This document shows positions 41,327-51,718 of a DNA stretch of 64,000 nucleotides, one piece after another; the first letter of the stretch is position 1; each line of letters starts with the position of its first letter. Under the pieces are notes generated by a model. It searched no databases, was not told where the DNA came from, and saw only the letters and a list, made by a program, of their open reading frames with translations. The DNA is taken from assembly GCA_963666345.1 (NCBI GenBank), contig OY762721.1, positions 2,528,001 to 2,592,000 of the forward strand, read 5' to 3'. Made by a program: the position numbers and the translations under genes. This DNA is from Desulfatiglandales bacterium. Lineage in GTDB: Bacteria; Desulfobacterota; DSM-4660; Desulfatiglandales; Desulfatiglandaceae.

Positions 41327-42484
41327 ATGAAAGACCCTCTGAAAATATACAGAAAAAGATTCAGGTCCTGGAAAAACAATGTCCGGCTTGAAAGGGAGAA
41401 GATTTACTATTCTTCAATGTTTAAGGAAAAAAATCTCAGCCTTATCGGACAAGGGGATATAAAGGAAGAAATAGCAACAGGGCGACCCGGAATTAAACCA
41501 ACGCCCAAAGGGTTTTTAAATATCGCCGCCATATATCACCATTATAACTGGGAGGATTATTCACTCAAACCGTCACTTGAAAAATTCGGGGCTGTTCGCC
41601 GTTATGATTGGTTTGAGAAATTCAATCATCAAATGCCGAATTGGCACAAATCGGAAAAGGCAAAGATGAACAATGACATGGTTGACCGGATCAAGCAGTG
41701 GAATAAAGAGTCAAAAATCGATGTCATATTTTCATATTTATCAGGAGCGCTTGTATCTCCGGAATCCTTGAAGGAATTGTCTTTCCTCTGCATCCCCATG
41801 GTAAATCTTTCGTTGAACGATAAGGAGTATTTCGTGGGTAAGTTGAGGAAGGGGATAGCGATGGGGCAGAGGGACATATGCCGGTATTTCGATCTGTGCT
41901 GGACGAGCACTGAAGATTCTCTTGTAAAATACCGCGTTGAAGGGGCCACCCCTGTTTACCTTCCCGAGGGCGCCAATCCCGCGGTTCACAAACCTTATGA
42001 TGAGGCAAAAACAATTGATGTCTCCTTTGTGGGGCAGTGCTACGGTGAACGGCCAAGAATTATTGCAGGACTGAGGGAAAAGGGAATCAAAGTCGAGGCA
42101 TTCGGCTACGGCTGGCCCAACGGGCCTTTGAGCGTGGATGAAATGGTTCGATTGTATTCCAGAAGCAGGATCAATCTCGGCTTCGGCGGTGTTGCGGACC
42201 TGAAAGACACCTATTGCCTCAAAGGAAGGGATTTCGAGGTGCCTATGAGCGGAGGGCTGTACCTGACGGAATATCATGCCGAGCTGGAAAGGTTTTTTGA
42301 ATTAGGCAAAGAGATTGCTGTTTACAGTAATTTTGATGATCTGGCGGAAAAAATCAGGTATTACCTGAGTCATACTGAAGAAGCCGATGCGATAAGGAAA
42401 AGAGGGCTTGCCAGGGCACGTGATGAACACACATGGGAAAGACGCTTTGAGAGAATTTTTCGGCTTTTGAACCTCCTCAATTAA
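41327..42484 (+). CDS. CgeB-like glycosyltransferase (GT-B)
   Basis: DVSFVG, KGRDFEVPMSGG, HTWERR. Confidence 0.85.
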   Translation: MKDPLKIYRKRFRSWKNNVRLEREKIYYSSMFKEKNLSLIGQGDIKEEIATGRPGIKPTPKGFLNIAAIYHHYNWEDYSLKPSLEKFGAVRRYDWFEKFNHQMPNWHKSEKAKMNNDMVDRIKQWNKESKIDVIFSYLSGALVSPESLKELSFLCIPMVNLSLNDKEYFVGKLRKGIAMGQRDICRYFDLCWTSTEDSLVKYRVEGATPVYLPEGANPAVHKPYDEAKTIDVSFVGQCYGERPRIIAGLREKGIKVEAFGYGWPNGPLSVDEMVRLYSRSRINLGFGGVADLKDTYCLKGRDFEVPMSGGLYLTEYHAELERFFELGKEIAVYSNFDDLAEKIRYYLSHTEEADAIRKRGLARARDEHTWERRFERIFRLLNLLN

Positions 42485-42533
42485 ATGCCGGGCACTTTAA
42501 CCTTCAGCAAGAGAAAGAGCGGAAAACTGTTTC

Positions 42534-43412
42534 ATGGATATAAAAAATAAGAGCAATGAATCAATCGCTTCTGGAAATAACTGGCTTAAGGAATGTTCCA
42601 ATAATATTTTTTCGCAGTTTGGAGAGGATGGGATAATAGAAAAGATCTTTTCCATGCTTCCCGATTCAAACAGATGGTGTGTGGAATTCGGGGCGTGGGA
42701 TGGGAAGCACCTTAGCAATACCCATCTGCTGCTCAGCCAAAAAGGATGGTCCGGTGTATTGTTCGAGGCAAGCCGGGAAAGATTCGGAGATCTCCTTCGA
42801 ACATATGATGGTAATGAAAAAATAATCTGTATTAACAAGATGGTAGCCTTTGAAGGCAAAAATACCCTTGACCGGCTCCTTGCTATAACCCCGGTCCCTG
42901 AAGATTTCGACCTTCTTTCCATTGATGTAGACGGGAACGATTATCATATATGGCGGTCGCTGGAAAAATACAGGCCCCGTGTCGTGATTATAGAGTTCAA
43001 TAACACTATCCCGAATTCCGTGGAGTTTATCCAGCCGGCTGATCCGTCGGTCAATCAGGGCTCTTCTCTTCTTGCCATGTGCAACCTGGGCAAAGAAAAG
43101 GGATACGAACTTATCGCGGTAACGGATTCTAACGCTTTCTTTGCAGACGCCAAGTACTTCGAATTTTTCCAGATAGGAGAAAATTCACCTGAGGCTATGA
43201 ACGGGGACCAGAAATATCTGACCCATATCTTTCAGCTTTATGACGGTACCCTGGTTGCTGAAGGAAATCTGAAACTTTTGTGGCATGGAATACCTATTGA
43301 CCAGAAAAAGATTCAGGTCCTTCCCAGCTCATTCAGGTATTTTCCGGAGAAAAAAGTGAACCCTTTAATTAAGTTTGCTTTTTCCATATACAGGAAGCTG
43401 TTTTTAAAGTGA
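42534..43412 (+). CDS. FkbM-related methyltransferase-fold protein
   Basis: SQFGEDGII, VEFGAWDG, LSIDVDGNDY. Confidence 0.75.
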   Translation: MDIKNKSNESIASGNNWLKECSNNIFSQFGEDGIIEKIFSMLPDSNRWCVEFGAWDGKHLSNTHLLLSQKGWSGVLFEASRERFGDLLRTYDGNEKIICINKMVAFEGKNTLDRLLAITPVPEDFDLLSIDVDGNDYHIWRSLEKYRPRVVIIEFNNTIPNSVEFIQPADPSVNQGSSLLAMCNLGKEKGYELIAVTDSNAFFADAKYFEFFQIGENSPEAMNGDQKYLTHIFQLYDGTLVAEGNLKLLWHGIPIDQKKIQVLPSSFRYFPEKKVNPLIKFAFSIYRKLFLK

Positions 43413-43462
43413 ATAAAATGGATTTGTCTATATTGCTTCTAGCCTAGGGAAAGAGGCTCTAA

Positions 43463-44200
43463 TTGAAAATTGATATTATGCGACCTGTAAAACGAGTTAC
43501 CTTTTACAAGGATTACTCGACCTTTAAGGGGCAGGCAAAAAGATCGAAAGAGCTGTTTCCTTTGGGAAAACCATATCCCTGCCTGGATGAAAAAAATGAG
43601 CAAAGCGGAACTGCTGCGGGGCACTACTTTCATCAGGATCTTCTTGTGGCCCAGAAGATATTCCATAATAGACCTGAAAGACATGCCGATGTAGGTTCAA
43701 GAATAGATGGATTTGTGGCCCATGTGGCGTCTTTCAGGGAAATCGAAGTCTTTGATGTCCGTCCCCTGGAGATTGATATTCCGAATATAAAATTCAGACA
43801 GGCAAATTTCATGGAAAAAGATTTTGATCTCTTAGACTGCTTCCCTTCCATTTCATGCCTTCACGCGATAGAGCATTTCGGCCTTGGAAGATATGGGGAT
43901 AAAATCGATTTCGAAGGTCACCTGAAGGGGTTGGATAACATATACGGGATGCTTCAAAAGGGAGGGAAATTTTACTTCTCAGTGCCTATCGGTCCCCAGC
44001 GGATAGAATTTAATGCGCACAGGATTTTTTCGATGAGATATCTTATCGATCTTATTGAACCGAAGTACAAAATCGATTCTTTTTCATATGTAAATGATGA
44101 CGGCAATTTGGTAAAAGATGCGGCTCTTCATGAAAAAGATATCAGAAACAACTATTTTTGTAATTATGGTTGCGGTATTTTCGAACTTACAAAGAAATAG
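43463..44200 (+). CDS. DUF268 domain protein (SAM-methyltransferase-like)
   Basis: HYFHQD, DVGSRIDGFV, SCLHAIEHFGLGRYGD, FNAHRI. Confidence 0.8.
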   Translation: MKIDIMRPVKRVTFYKDYSTFKGQAKRSKELFPLGKPYPCLDEKNEQSGTAAGHYFHQDLLVAQKIFHNRPERHADVGSRIDGFVAHVASFREIEVFDVRPLEIDIPNIKFRQANFMEKDFDLLDCFPSISCLHAIEHFGLGRYGDKIDFEGHLKGLDNIYGMLQKGGKFYFSVPIGPQRIEFNAHRIFSMRYLIDLIEPKYKIDSFSYVNDDGNLVKDAALHEKDIRNNYFCNYGCGIFELTKK

Positions 44201-44278
44201 AAACAAATTTATCCTGTTATTCCTGTAATCATAGCACTTTGTTTAAAATAACATTTGAGAGGTTGATTTATCAAGCCT

Positions 44279-44875
44279 ATGTTTGACTACATGCAAAAGC
44301 TCAGATACCGATGGAACTATAAGAAATGGAGTTCAAAGGGAAAACCTGAACCTGTTCCACACTTTGTAAAGCAGATGGTGGTACTTGAATATGCCGCCAA
44401 ATCGGGTATCGATATCTTTATCGAGACCGGGACATATCTGGGTGATATGCTTAAAGCGGTAAAAAGAAGGTTCGACATGATCTATTCCATAGAACTCAGT
44501 GAAGAGTATTTCAACCGGGCCAAAAGGAAATTTCAAAGACATAGGCACATAGAAATATTTCAGGGTGACAGCACCGATGTCCTTCCTATGTTAGTGAGTA
44601 AGATTGAAAGGCCTGCTTTATTCTGGCTGGATGCGCATTATTCCTCGGGGAAAACCGCAAGGGGAAAAAAGGACACCCCGATAATTGAAGAGTTAAAGAC
44701 AATCTTTGACTCTAAAATAAGCGGGCATGTTATTCTGATAGATGATGCCAGATGTTTCACCGGGGAAAACGACTATCCCGAAATAGAGGATCTGAAGGCT
44801 TTTACAGTCGAAAAATATCCCAAAAGCTCATTTGAGCTGCAAGATGATATAATAAGGATACTTACCTTCAGATGA
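44279..44875 (+). CDS. SAM-dependent methyltransferase-like hypothetical protein
   Basis: FIETGTYLGD, SIEL, GDS, FWLDAH, ILIDD. Confidence 0.7.
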   Translation: MFDYMQKLRYRWNYKKWSSKGKPEPVPHFVKQMVVLEYAAKSGIDIFIETGTYLGDMLKAVKRRFDMIYSIELSEEYFNRAKRKFQRHRHIEIFQGDSTDVLPMLVSKIERPALFWLDAHYSSGKTARGKKDTPIIEELKTIFDSKISGHVILIDDARCFTGENDYPEIEDLKAFTVEKYPKSSFELQDDIIRILTFR

Positions 44876-45045
44876 TAATAGGGTGAGCCCTGTATTTAGA
44901 GGCATAGAAGGTTTTAAGGAAAGACGCCTGCTTTTATGATAAATTTAGAAACTTTTCCGGCATTGACCGCGATATTGAGTTTATCGACCGAACGCGGGAA
45001 GAGCAATAAAGGAAGGGCTGGAGTTTTCAGTAGGGGGAATGAATT

Positions 45046-45423
45046 TTGAGAGGATTTTTGACCGGATATCTTTGCATCCTGGGCACCGTGTTATTAACCG
45101 TTTATGGACAGTTGGTTATTAAATGGCAGATAATTAAAGCCGGGGCTTTCCCGGAAGGAATTACAGAAAGGGTATGGTTTCTTTTGCGTATGGTGTTCAA
45201 TCCGTGGGTGATAAGCTGCCTGGCCGCGGCCTTTCTGGCTTTTCTCTTATGGATGGTGGCTATGACAAGATTTGAATTAAGCCATGCATATCCGTTTGTG
45301 AGCATGTCATTTGTGGTTGTCCTTGTATTGAGCGGCCTTTTTTTCCATGAATCAATAACAGTGCCTAAACTGCTGGGGGTATTGTTGATAATGTCAGGTA
45401 TTATTGTAGGGGCTCAGGGATGA
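45046..45423 (+). CDS. SMR/EamA small membrane protein, ArnE/ArnF-like undecaprenyl-P-sugar flippase
   Basis: 125 aa, 4 TM, ELSHAYPF motif. Confidence 0.8.
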   Translation: MRGFLTGYLCILGTVLLTVYGQLVIKWQIIKAGAFPEGITERVWFLLRMVFNPWVISCLAAAFLAFLLWMVAMTRFELSHAYPFVSMSFVVVLVLSGLFFHESITVPKLLGVLLIMSGIIVGAQG

Positions 45424-46295
45424 AGGTATGCCTGTCATGCGGGCAGCGATTTTCAGCCCAAGACTGGCGGTGTCCTTCCTGCAATAAATATCCTGAAACG
45501 GTTGATGACTTTCTTTCCTTTGCTCCTGATCTTGTGTCGGAAAACGACGGGTTTGAAGCGAAATCCTTTGAAATGCTTTTCAAGGTTGAGGCTGCGAATT
45601 TCTGGTTCAGGTCACGTAACAGACTATTGATTTGGACATTGCGGAAATATTTCCCAAATGCGAAAAGTCTTTTTGAGATTGGATGCGGCACCGGCTATGT
45701 CTTGTCCGGAATTCAAAGCGAATTACCGGGCCTTCATTTATATGGAAGCGATATCTTCAGTAACGGTTTGTCGTTTGCTGATAAGCGTCTGTTCGATGTC
45801 TCGCTTTTTCAGATGGATGCAAGGCTGATACCCTTTGAAGAGGAATTCGATGTAATTGGCGCGTTTGACGTCCTGGAGCATATTGCTGAAGACGATGTCG
45901 TGCTTCAACAGATGTTCCAGGCGGTAAAACCGGGGGGGGGGGTAATAATAACTGTTCCGCAGCACAGGTTTTTATGGAGCATAGTGGATGCATACTCATT
46001 TCACAAACGACGATACACGAAAACGGAACTGATAAAAAAAGTGAAAGATGCGGGGTTCCAAGTTATGTATTCTACCTCCTTTGTCTCTTTTCTGCTGCCC
46101 CTTATGCTTCTTTCACGTATGAAAAGGCATGTCTCTACAGACAAGTTTGATCCCCTGGCGGAACTTAGAATCGGACGGGCTGCAAACAGGGTGTTGGAAA
46201 AGATCCTTGCTGTGGAAAGGCGATGCATCAAGTTGGGTGTGTCTTTGCCAGCAGGTGGATCGCTTCTTGTCATAGCAAAACGAAGCAGGAGGTGA
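45420..46295 (+). CDS. class I SAM-dependent methyltransferase with N-terminal Zn ribbon
   Basis: CLSC/CPSC, EIGCGTG, FDVLEHI, KPGG. Confidence 0.88.
   Translation: MKVCLSCGQRFSAQDWRCPSCNKYPETVDDFLSFAPDLVSENDGFEAKSFEMLFKVEAANFWFRSRNRLLIWTLRKYFPNAKSLFEIGCGTGYVLSGIQSELPGLHLYGSDIFSNGLSFADKRLFDVSLFQMDARLIPFEEEFDVIGAFDVLEHIAEDDVVLQQMFQAVKPGGGVIITVPQHRFLWSIVDAYSFHKRRYTKTELIKKVKDAGFQVMYSTSFVSFLLPLMLLSRMKRHVSTDKFDPLAELRIGRAANRVLEKILAVERRCIKLGVSLPAGGSLLVIAKRSRR
45932..45942 (+). repeat. G11 homopolymer within methyltransferase CDS
   Basis: aaaccGGGGGGGGGGGtaata, in frame (P-G-G-G-V). Confidence 0.9.
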
Positions 46296-46298
46296 TAA

Positions 46299-47447
46299 TT
46301 GAGCACTTTGATTTCTTTTAACAGGCCTTTTATCGTAGGCAAGGAATTATACTATATCGCGCAGGCGGTTCAGGACGGTCATCTGGCGGGAGACGGCAAT
46401 TTTACAAAGAAGTGCAATGAGTGGATGGAGCGGACCTTCCAGGCAAAAAAGATTCTGCTTACTCATTCAGGCTCCGGGGCTCTTGATATATGTGCCATGC
46501 TTTGCGATATAAAGCCCGGTGATGAAGTCATAATGCCCTCCTTTACTTTCGTTTCAACCGCCAACCCTTTTGTCCTGGGAGGGGCGCGCATCAGGTTCGT
46601 TGATATCCGTCCCGATACCCTGAATATCGATGAGACTCTGATCGAAGCTGCTGTCAACGAACATACCAGGGTGATTGTGCCGATGCATTATGCGGGTGTC
46701 GGCTGCGAGATGGATTCGATCATGGATATAGCGCACAGGCATGATCTGCTTGTCGTGGAGGACGCGGCCCAGGGGGTGAATGCTACTTACAAGAAGCGAT
46801 ACCTTGGAACAATCGGTCATCTGGGTGCTTACAGCTTTCATGAGACCAAGAATTTTATAAGCGGCGAGGGCGGGGCACTTGTTGTAAATGATGAGAGGTT
46901 TATTGAACGAGCTGAAATTATCAGGGAAAAGGGGACCAATCGAAACAAGTTTTTCCGCGGAGAGGTGGATAAGTATACCTGGGTGGACATTGGATCGTCA
47001 TTTCTGCCCTCGGAGCTGGTTGCGGCGTTTCTTTACGCTCAGCTTGAAGAGGCTGATGTCATAACGATGAAGAGGAGCGCGATATTCAGCTATTACTTGG
47101 AACAGCTTTCTCCGCTATGTGAAAAAGGGCATATCCGTATACCATCATGCCCCTCTGAATGTCGGCATAACGCCCACCTCTTTTATCTTTTAATTGATAA
47201 TGCTCTGGGCGATCGTGACCGGTTGATTGCATATTTAGAAAAGAGAAATATTAATGCGGTATTTCACTATATCCCACTACATACATCGCCAGTGGGTATT
47301 GGAATGGGCTACAGAGAAGGAGAGCTGCCGGTTACAGAGGATTTGAGCGAGAGACTTGTGCGGCTTCCCTGTTATTATGAACTGACAAGGGAAGATCAGG
47401 ACAGGGTAATTGACGGGGTCTATGAATTTTTCGGATTCCACAGGTAA
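46299..47447 (+). CDS. wecE: dTDP-4-amino-4,6-dideoxygalactose transaminase (DegT family)
   Basis: PSFTFVSTAN, EDAAQG, SFHETKN PLP lysine, REKGTNR, DKYTWVDIGSS. Confidence 0.9.
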   Translation: MSTLISFNRPFIVGKELYYIAQAVQDGHLAGDGNFTKKCNEWMERTFQAKKILLTHSGSGALDICAMLCDIKPGDEVIMPSFTFVSTANPFVLGGARIRFVDIRPDTLNIDETLIEAAVNEHTRVIVPMHYAGVGCEMDSIMDIAHRHDLLVVEDAAQGVNATYKKRYLGTIGHLGAYSFHETKNFISGEGGALVVNDERFIERAEIIREKGTNRNKFFRGEVDKYTWVDIGSSFLPSELVAAFLYAQLEEADVITMKRSAIFSYYLEQLSPLCEKGHIRIPSCPSECRHNAHLFYLLIDNALGDRDRLIAYLEKRNINAVFHYIPLHTSPVGIGMGYREGELPVTEDLSERLVRLPCYYELTREDQDRVIDGVYEFFGFHR

Positions 47448-47454
47448 ATGTTTT

Positions 47455-47533
47455 TCTTATCGTGGCTGTCTGGAACGGCTATGGAACCGCGGCTTGAAAC
47501 AGTTATAAAGAATGACGGAATCTACCGATAGAC
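47455..47533 (+). repeat. left copy of direct repeat flanking AT-rich cassette
   Basis: 26 bp aagaatgacggaatctaccgatagac (47508-47533) identical to 55298-55323; 47455-47495 is 33/41 identical to 55232-55272. Confidence 0.9.
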
Positions 47534-47701
47534 AGGCAAATAAGAAGAACAACTAGGCGGCTTTTATTCCCTCTCTAAAGTGGATGGTGGAGATGACAAA
47601 GTTTGAAATATTTTTCCCTGCCCTTTTGTGAGGTTGAATCTCATTGTCATGTATTATCAGAATCGGAGTTGAAAAGAGATGGTGGAGGGATCAAGGAGAA
47701 A

Positions 47702-48886
47702 ATGACGAAACAACCCAAGATGCTTATTGCAGGAGGTGGATATGCGGATATACCTCTTATATTGGCAGCTAAAAAAATCGGCTACTATGTAATTACAAGC
47801 GGCAATCGACCCGATGAGCTTGGTCATAATTATTCGGATGAATATCAGAAAGCAGATTTTTCTGATTCAGATGCGATGTTTGAACTTGCCCGAAGTATGA
47901 AAATATCAGCTATCTGCCCGTGTTGCAATGACTTTTCTGCGCTTTCATGCGCTTATGTCGCTGAAAAATTGGGGTTGCCTGGTCATGATTCACTGGAAGT
48001 GGCAAAGATTATACATCACAAAGATCGATACAGGGACTTCGCGATTAAAAATGGCATACCTACGCCGCGTGCCAAATGGTCGAGCAATGTAAAGGACGCA
48101 CTTAAAGCAGTTAATTCACTAACATTTCCTTTAATCATTAAACCGGTCGATCTAACCGGCGGTAAGGGCGTTTCGACAATTTACGCGCAAGAACAGGCAA
48201 AAGGTGCCATAGAGAAGGCATTCCAAATATCTCGTGCAAAACGTATGGTTATTGAGGAGTATTTAGAGGGAAGCCGTCATGGTTTTTCGGCATTTTTGAG
48301 AAAAGGAAAAGTTGCCTTCTATTTTTCAGACAACGAACACTACTATTTAAATCCCTATCTTGTGTCTGCAGCCTCTGTTCCCGGTATTGTTCCTATCGAT
48401 ACAGTGAAACAGCTTTGTGATATGTCTGAGAAAATAGCGTTATTACTGTCTTTAAAAACAGGTATTTTTCACATTCAATATATACTGCATAAAGGTCAAC
48501 CTGTTATTATCGAAATATGTCGAAGAGCACCTGGTGATTTATATGTCAGGTTGGTGGAAATCGCAACAGGGGTGGATTACGCAAAATGGATCGTGAGGGC
48601 TTCAGCAGGATTAGGCTGTGAAGAATTGGAATATGTCGAACCAAAAGGCTTTTTTACTCGTCACTGTGTCATGGCATCACGAATTGGTATTATTCAAAAT
48701 ATTAACTTTGACCGATCTCTTGACGACATGATTGTTGAGAAGATGATGTGGTGGAAACATGGCGACCGAGTGACGGATGTTTTAACTACTAAATTTGGAA
48801 TTGTATTTGTGAAATTTGATTCACAGAATGAAATGATGGAAAAAACGGAAAGACTTCACGATTTGATTTATTGCCGGATAGAGTGA
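47702..48886 (+). CDS. ATP-grasp ligase
   Basis: IAGGGYADIP, HHKDRYR, IIKPVDLTGGKG, IEEYLEG, IIEICRRAPGD; AAGGAG SD before ATG 47702. Confidence 0.88.
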   Translation: MTKQPKMLIAGGGYADIPLILAAKKIGYYVITSGNRPDELGHNYSDEYQKADFSDSDAMFELARSMKISAICPCCNDFSALSCAYVAEKLGLPGHDSLEVAKIIHHKDRYRDFAIKNGIPTPRAKWSSNVKDALKAVNSLTFPLIIKPVDLTGGKGVSTIYAQEQAKGAIEKAFQISRAKRMVIEEYLEGSRHGFSAFLRKGKVAFYFSDNEHYYLNPYLVSAASVPGIVPIDTVKQLCDMSEKIALLLSLKTGIFHIQYILHKGQPVIIEICRRAPGDLYVRLVEIATGVDYAKWIVRASAGLGCEELEYVEPKGFFTRHCVMASRIGIIQNINFDRSLDDMIVEKMMWWKHGDRVTDVLTTKFGIVFVKFDSQNEMMEKTERLHDLIYCRIE

Positions 48887-48915
48887 AATTTGAAGTAATT
48901 GCAGGGAGAGAGTCG

Positions 48916-49659
48916 ATGTTAAAAAACAAAGTGGCCATAGTAACCGGAGGATCTCGAGGAATCGGTAGAGCAATAGCTCAAAAATTTGCCGAAAATGGAG
49001 CATCCTTACTCCTTGTCGCTTTGCACGAAGCAAACTTATCGAATGCAAAACAAGAAATGAACAATATGGGTCTTAATGTTAATACATTATGCGGAGATAT
49101 TTCCGAACCGGCCTTTTCGCAACATATTATGGCGCATACCCTGGGAACATTCGGCACTGTGGATATACTGGTAAACTGTGCGGGCATGATAACACGGACA
49201 CCGTTTGCAGGCCTTTCGCTGGAGGAGTGGCACAGAGTTATCAATGTAAACCTGCATGGGACATTCTATTTAAGCCAGGCGGTGCTACCTGCAATGTGTA
49301 AAAATAATTATGGGAAGATAATCAACATTACTTCACAAATGGCAAGGGTGCCTCATCCTAATGCCTCTCCCAGTTATGAGGTTTCAAAGGCTGGTATGGC
49401 CGCTTTGACACGGCATTTAGCGTATCATTATGCAAAATATAACATCTGTGTGAACTCTATCGCTCCCGGATCGATTGACACTGATTTACCGAAAAGCATG
49501 GGTACAGAATCGCGTCAAAAACTCAAAAGTGCCGTTCCGCTTGGGCGATTGGGAAAATCGGAAGAGGTTGGATCTCTGGCCTTGTTTCTTGCATCGGATA
49601 ATTCTAATTATATTACGGGTACTACCATAAATATCAATGGCGGTTCGTTAATGGATTAG
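48916..49659 (+). CDS. short-chain dehydrogenase/reductase
   Basis: TGGSRGIG, NCAG, YEVSK (YxxxK), NSIAPG; start set at ATG 48916. Confidence 0.92.
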   Translation: MLKNKVAIVTGGSRGIGRAIAQKFAENGASLLLVALHEANLSNAKQEMNNMGLNVNTLCGDISEPAFSQHIMAHTLGTFGTVDILVNCAGMITRTPFAGLSLEEWHRVINVNLHGTFYLSQAVLPAMCKNNYGKIINITSQMARVPHPNASPSYEVSKAGMAALTRHLAYHYAKYNICVNSIAPGSIDTDLPKSMGTESRQKLKSAVPLGRLGKSEEVGSLALFLASDNSNYITGTTININGGSLMD

Positions 49660-49760
49660 GATGAGCGTAAGGATTATTTCACAAAACCAATTCCATGTAG
49701 CTTTGCTGCGGGGTTAGATCTAAAATAGTTAATTTTTATTGTCGGTGTAAAACAGGGAAG

Positions 49761-50516
49761 ATGTCATCATACCTTGCAGCTTTGCTGTGTGAAAAGTTCA
49801 TCAAAAAATACATGAGGGTTTTTATGAAAGAGATTCCGCCGGAAGTTTCTAAGAGTGATAGTAATTTGATCCATGAAATATCGTCCCGGAAGCTATCACT
49901 CGGATCATTCCAGAATTTGGCTGCTACGGTTATAGCATGTAGATATCTTCTTAAAAATAAAATCGAAGGAGATTTTGTTGAATGCGGTGTCTGGCGAGGA
50001 GGGCAATCCATTATTGCAGCCAAGATTTTAGGTGAAGGCATGTATAGAAATTATTGGCTCTTTGATACGTTTTGCGGGATGACTCCGCCGACAAAGCTGG
50101 ATGTTGATTATCTGGGAAGGGAGGCGAAAAACAAGGCAGGGAAACAGGATGATGTGATTGAAAATGACTGGGTTTATGCAGAAAAGCACCAAGTCATAGA
50201 CAATATTAAAAATTTTGGACTTGATATCGGAAGATTCAAACTAATTGCCGGAGATGTCGTTGATACCTTAAAGGAATTGGATAATCTCCCCCCAAAAATA
50301 TCGTTGCTCCGTTTAGACACTGATTGGTACGAGTCTACAAAGGTTGAACTTGATGCGCTTTATGACTTGATCGTTCCAAAGGGAATTTTGATAATCGATG
50401 ATTACGGGCATTGGAAAGGAGCAAGAGAGGCGGTTGATGAGTTTTTCGAAAAACGCTTTGCCCCTTTGTTAATCCCTGTAGACTATACATGCCGTATCGT
50501 AATAAAGGCCGAATAA
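49761..50516 (+). CDS. TylF/MycF/NovP family O-methyltransferase
   Basis: GDFVECGVWRGG, FDTFCG, LRLDTDWYES, IDDYGHW. Confidence 0.92.
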   Translation: MSSYLAALLCEKFIKKYMRVFMKEIPPEVSKSDSNLIHEISSRKLSLGSFQNLAATVIACRYLLKNKIEGDFVECGVWRGGQSIIAAKILGEGMYRNYWLFDTFCGMTPPTKLDVDYLGREAKNKAGKQDDVIENDWVYAEKHQVIDNIKNFGLDIGRFKLIAGDVVDTLKELDNLPPKISLLRLDTDWYESTKVELDALYDLIVPKGILIIDDYGHWKGAREAVDEFFEKRFAPLLIPVDYTCRIVIKAE

Positions 50517-50588
50517 ATAGCAATACATATTAATTATATTTTCACATTTGTCTGGAGTTGTTCGTTAATGATTCAAGAGGTTTAACGT

Positions 50589-51689
50589 ATGCTAACAGAA
50601 AAAATAGTTTCTCAGTCAGATATAGATGAACGCTTATCGCATATTAATGAATTAAGCACGTTTCCCATTGTATTATATGGTGCTGGGTTACATGCGTCTG
50701 AAATCGAGTCTTATTTACAGGGGAAAAAGATTTGTATATCTGGCTGCTTTGTTGATGACAGGTATTTGAATTTTGAGCATCGTGTCTCACTTCCTGTCCA
50801 TTCTTTTGACACCATAAAAGAGACTTTCGACAAATTTAATGTTGTTGTAGGATTTTGCAACGATCCGGTTGTTGTGCACGAAAGGTTCAACAGAATCAAA
50901 GGGGAAAAAGTTAATTCAGTGCAGTTTATTGACTGCCGTTTTTGGCAAGAATTTGAAAAGCTGGATCTTGCTTCTATAAAGAAGAATGAAAATAATTACA
51001 ATAAAGTGTGCGCATTCTTCTCAGATGAAAAATCACAAAATACGTACGTTGAATTTATAAATGCAAAATTGACACATGATCCATCAAGGCTTTATGGTCT
51101 GTATTCAAAGCCTCAGTATTTTCCGGATGATCTCCCCATATTTATTCCAACATCTGATGATATATACATTGATGGCGGAGCATATACGGGGGATACGTTG
51201 ATTGATGTCATGGCAATGACTGGTGCCAGGGGTTGTGCAAAATATTATGCTTTTGAACCTGATGCGAAAAATGCTGAAAAATTACGGTCAGTTGTTGATG
51301 CGCGTCACTGGAATTTTGTTAAAGTTATTGAAAAAGGTCTTTGGAGCCAGCCATCGAGGGTTAACTTCGCAGAAAACAACGATACCGGTTCGGCTGTCAA
51401 TGCAATTGGAAATGTACAGATAGATGTGGATGCTATTGATACGTTTAATATTCCGGCGTCATTCATCAAGATGGATATTGAGGGATCCGAGTATAAAGCC
51501 CTTGTCGGAGCAAGAGAGACAATTCTCAAATACCGACCCAATTTGCTTATCTCCCTTTATCATAAGCCTGAGGATTTGCTGCAGATTCCGCTCTATATCA
51601 AGTCTTTGTGCCCTGAATATCGTTTATATTTGAGAATACATGGTTATTACACCGAAGAATTGGTGTTATATGCGACTGTAGGCGATTAG
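50589..51689 (+). CDS. FkbM family methyltransferase with N-terminal Rossmann-like domain
   Basis: LYGAG, IDGGAYTGDT, AFEPD, IKMDIEGSE. Confidence 0.9.
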   Translation: MLTEKIVSQSDIDERLSHINELSTFPIVLYGAGLHASEIESYLQGKKICISGCFVDDRYLNFEHRVSLPVHSFDTIKETFDKFNVVVGFCNDPVVVHERFNRIKGEKVNSVQFIDCRFWQEFEKLDLASIKKNENNYNKVCAFFSDEKSQNTYVEFINAKLTHDPSRLYGLYSKPQYFPDDLPIFIPTSDDIYIDGGAYTGDTLIDVMAMTGARGCAKYYAFEPDAKNAEKLRSVVDARHWNFVKVIEKGLWSQPSRVNFAENNDTGSAVNAIGNVQIDVDAIDTFNIPASFIKMDIEGSEYKALVGARETILKYRPNLLISLYHKPEDLLQIPLYIKSLCPEYRLYLRIHGYYTEELVLYATVGD

Positions 51690-51718
51690 CATGTTTAAAT
51701 ATATTCCAAAGGGATTAG

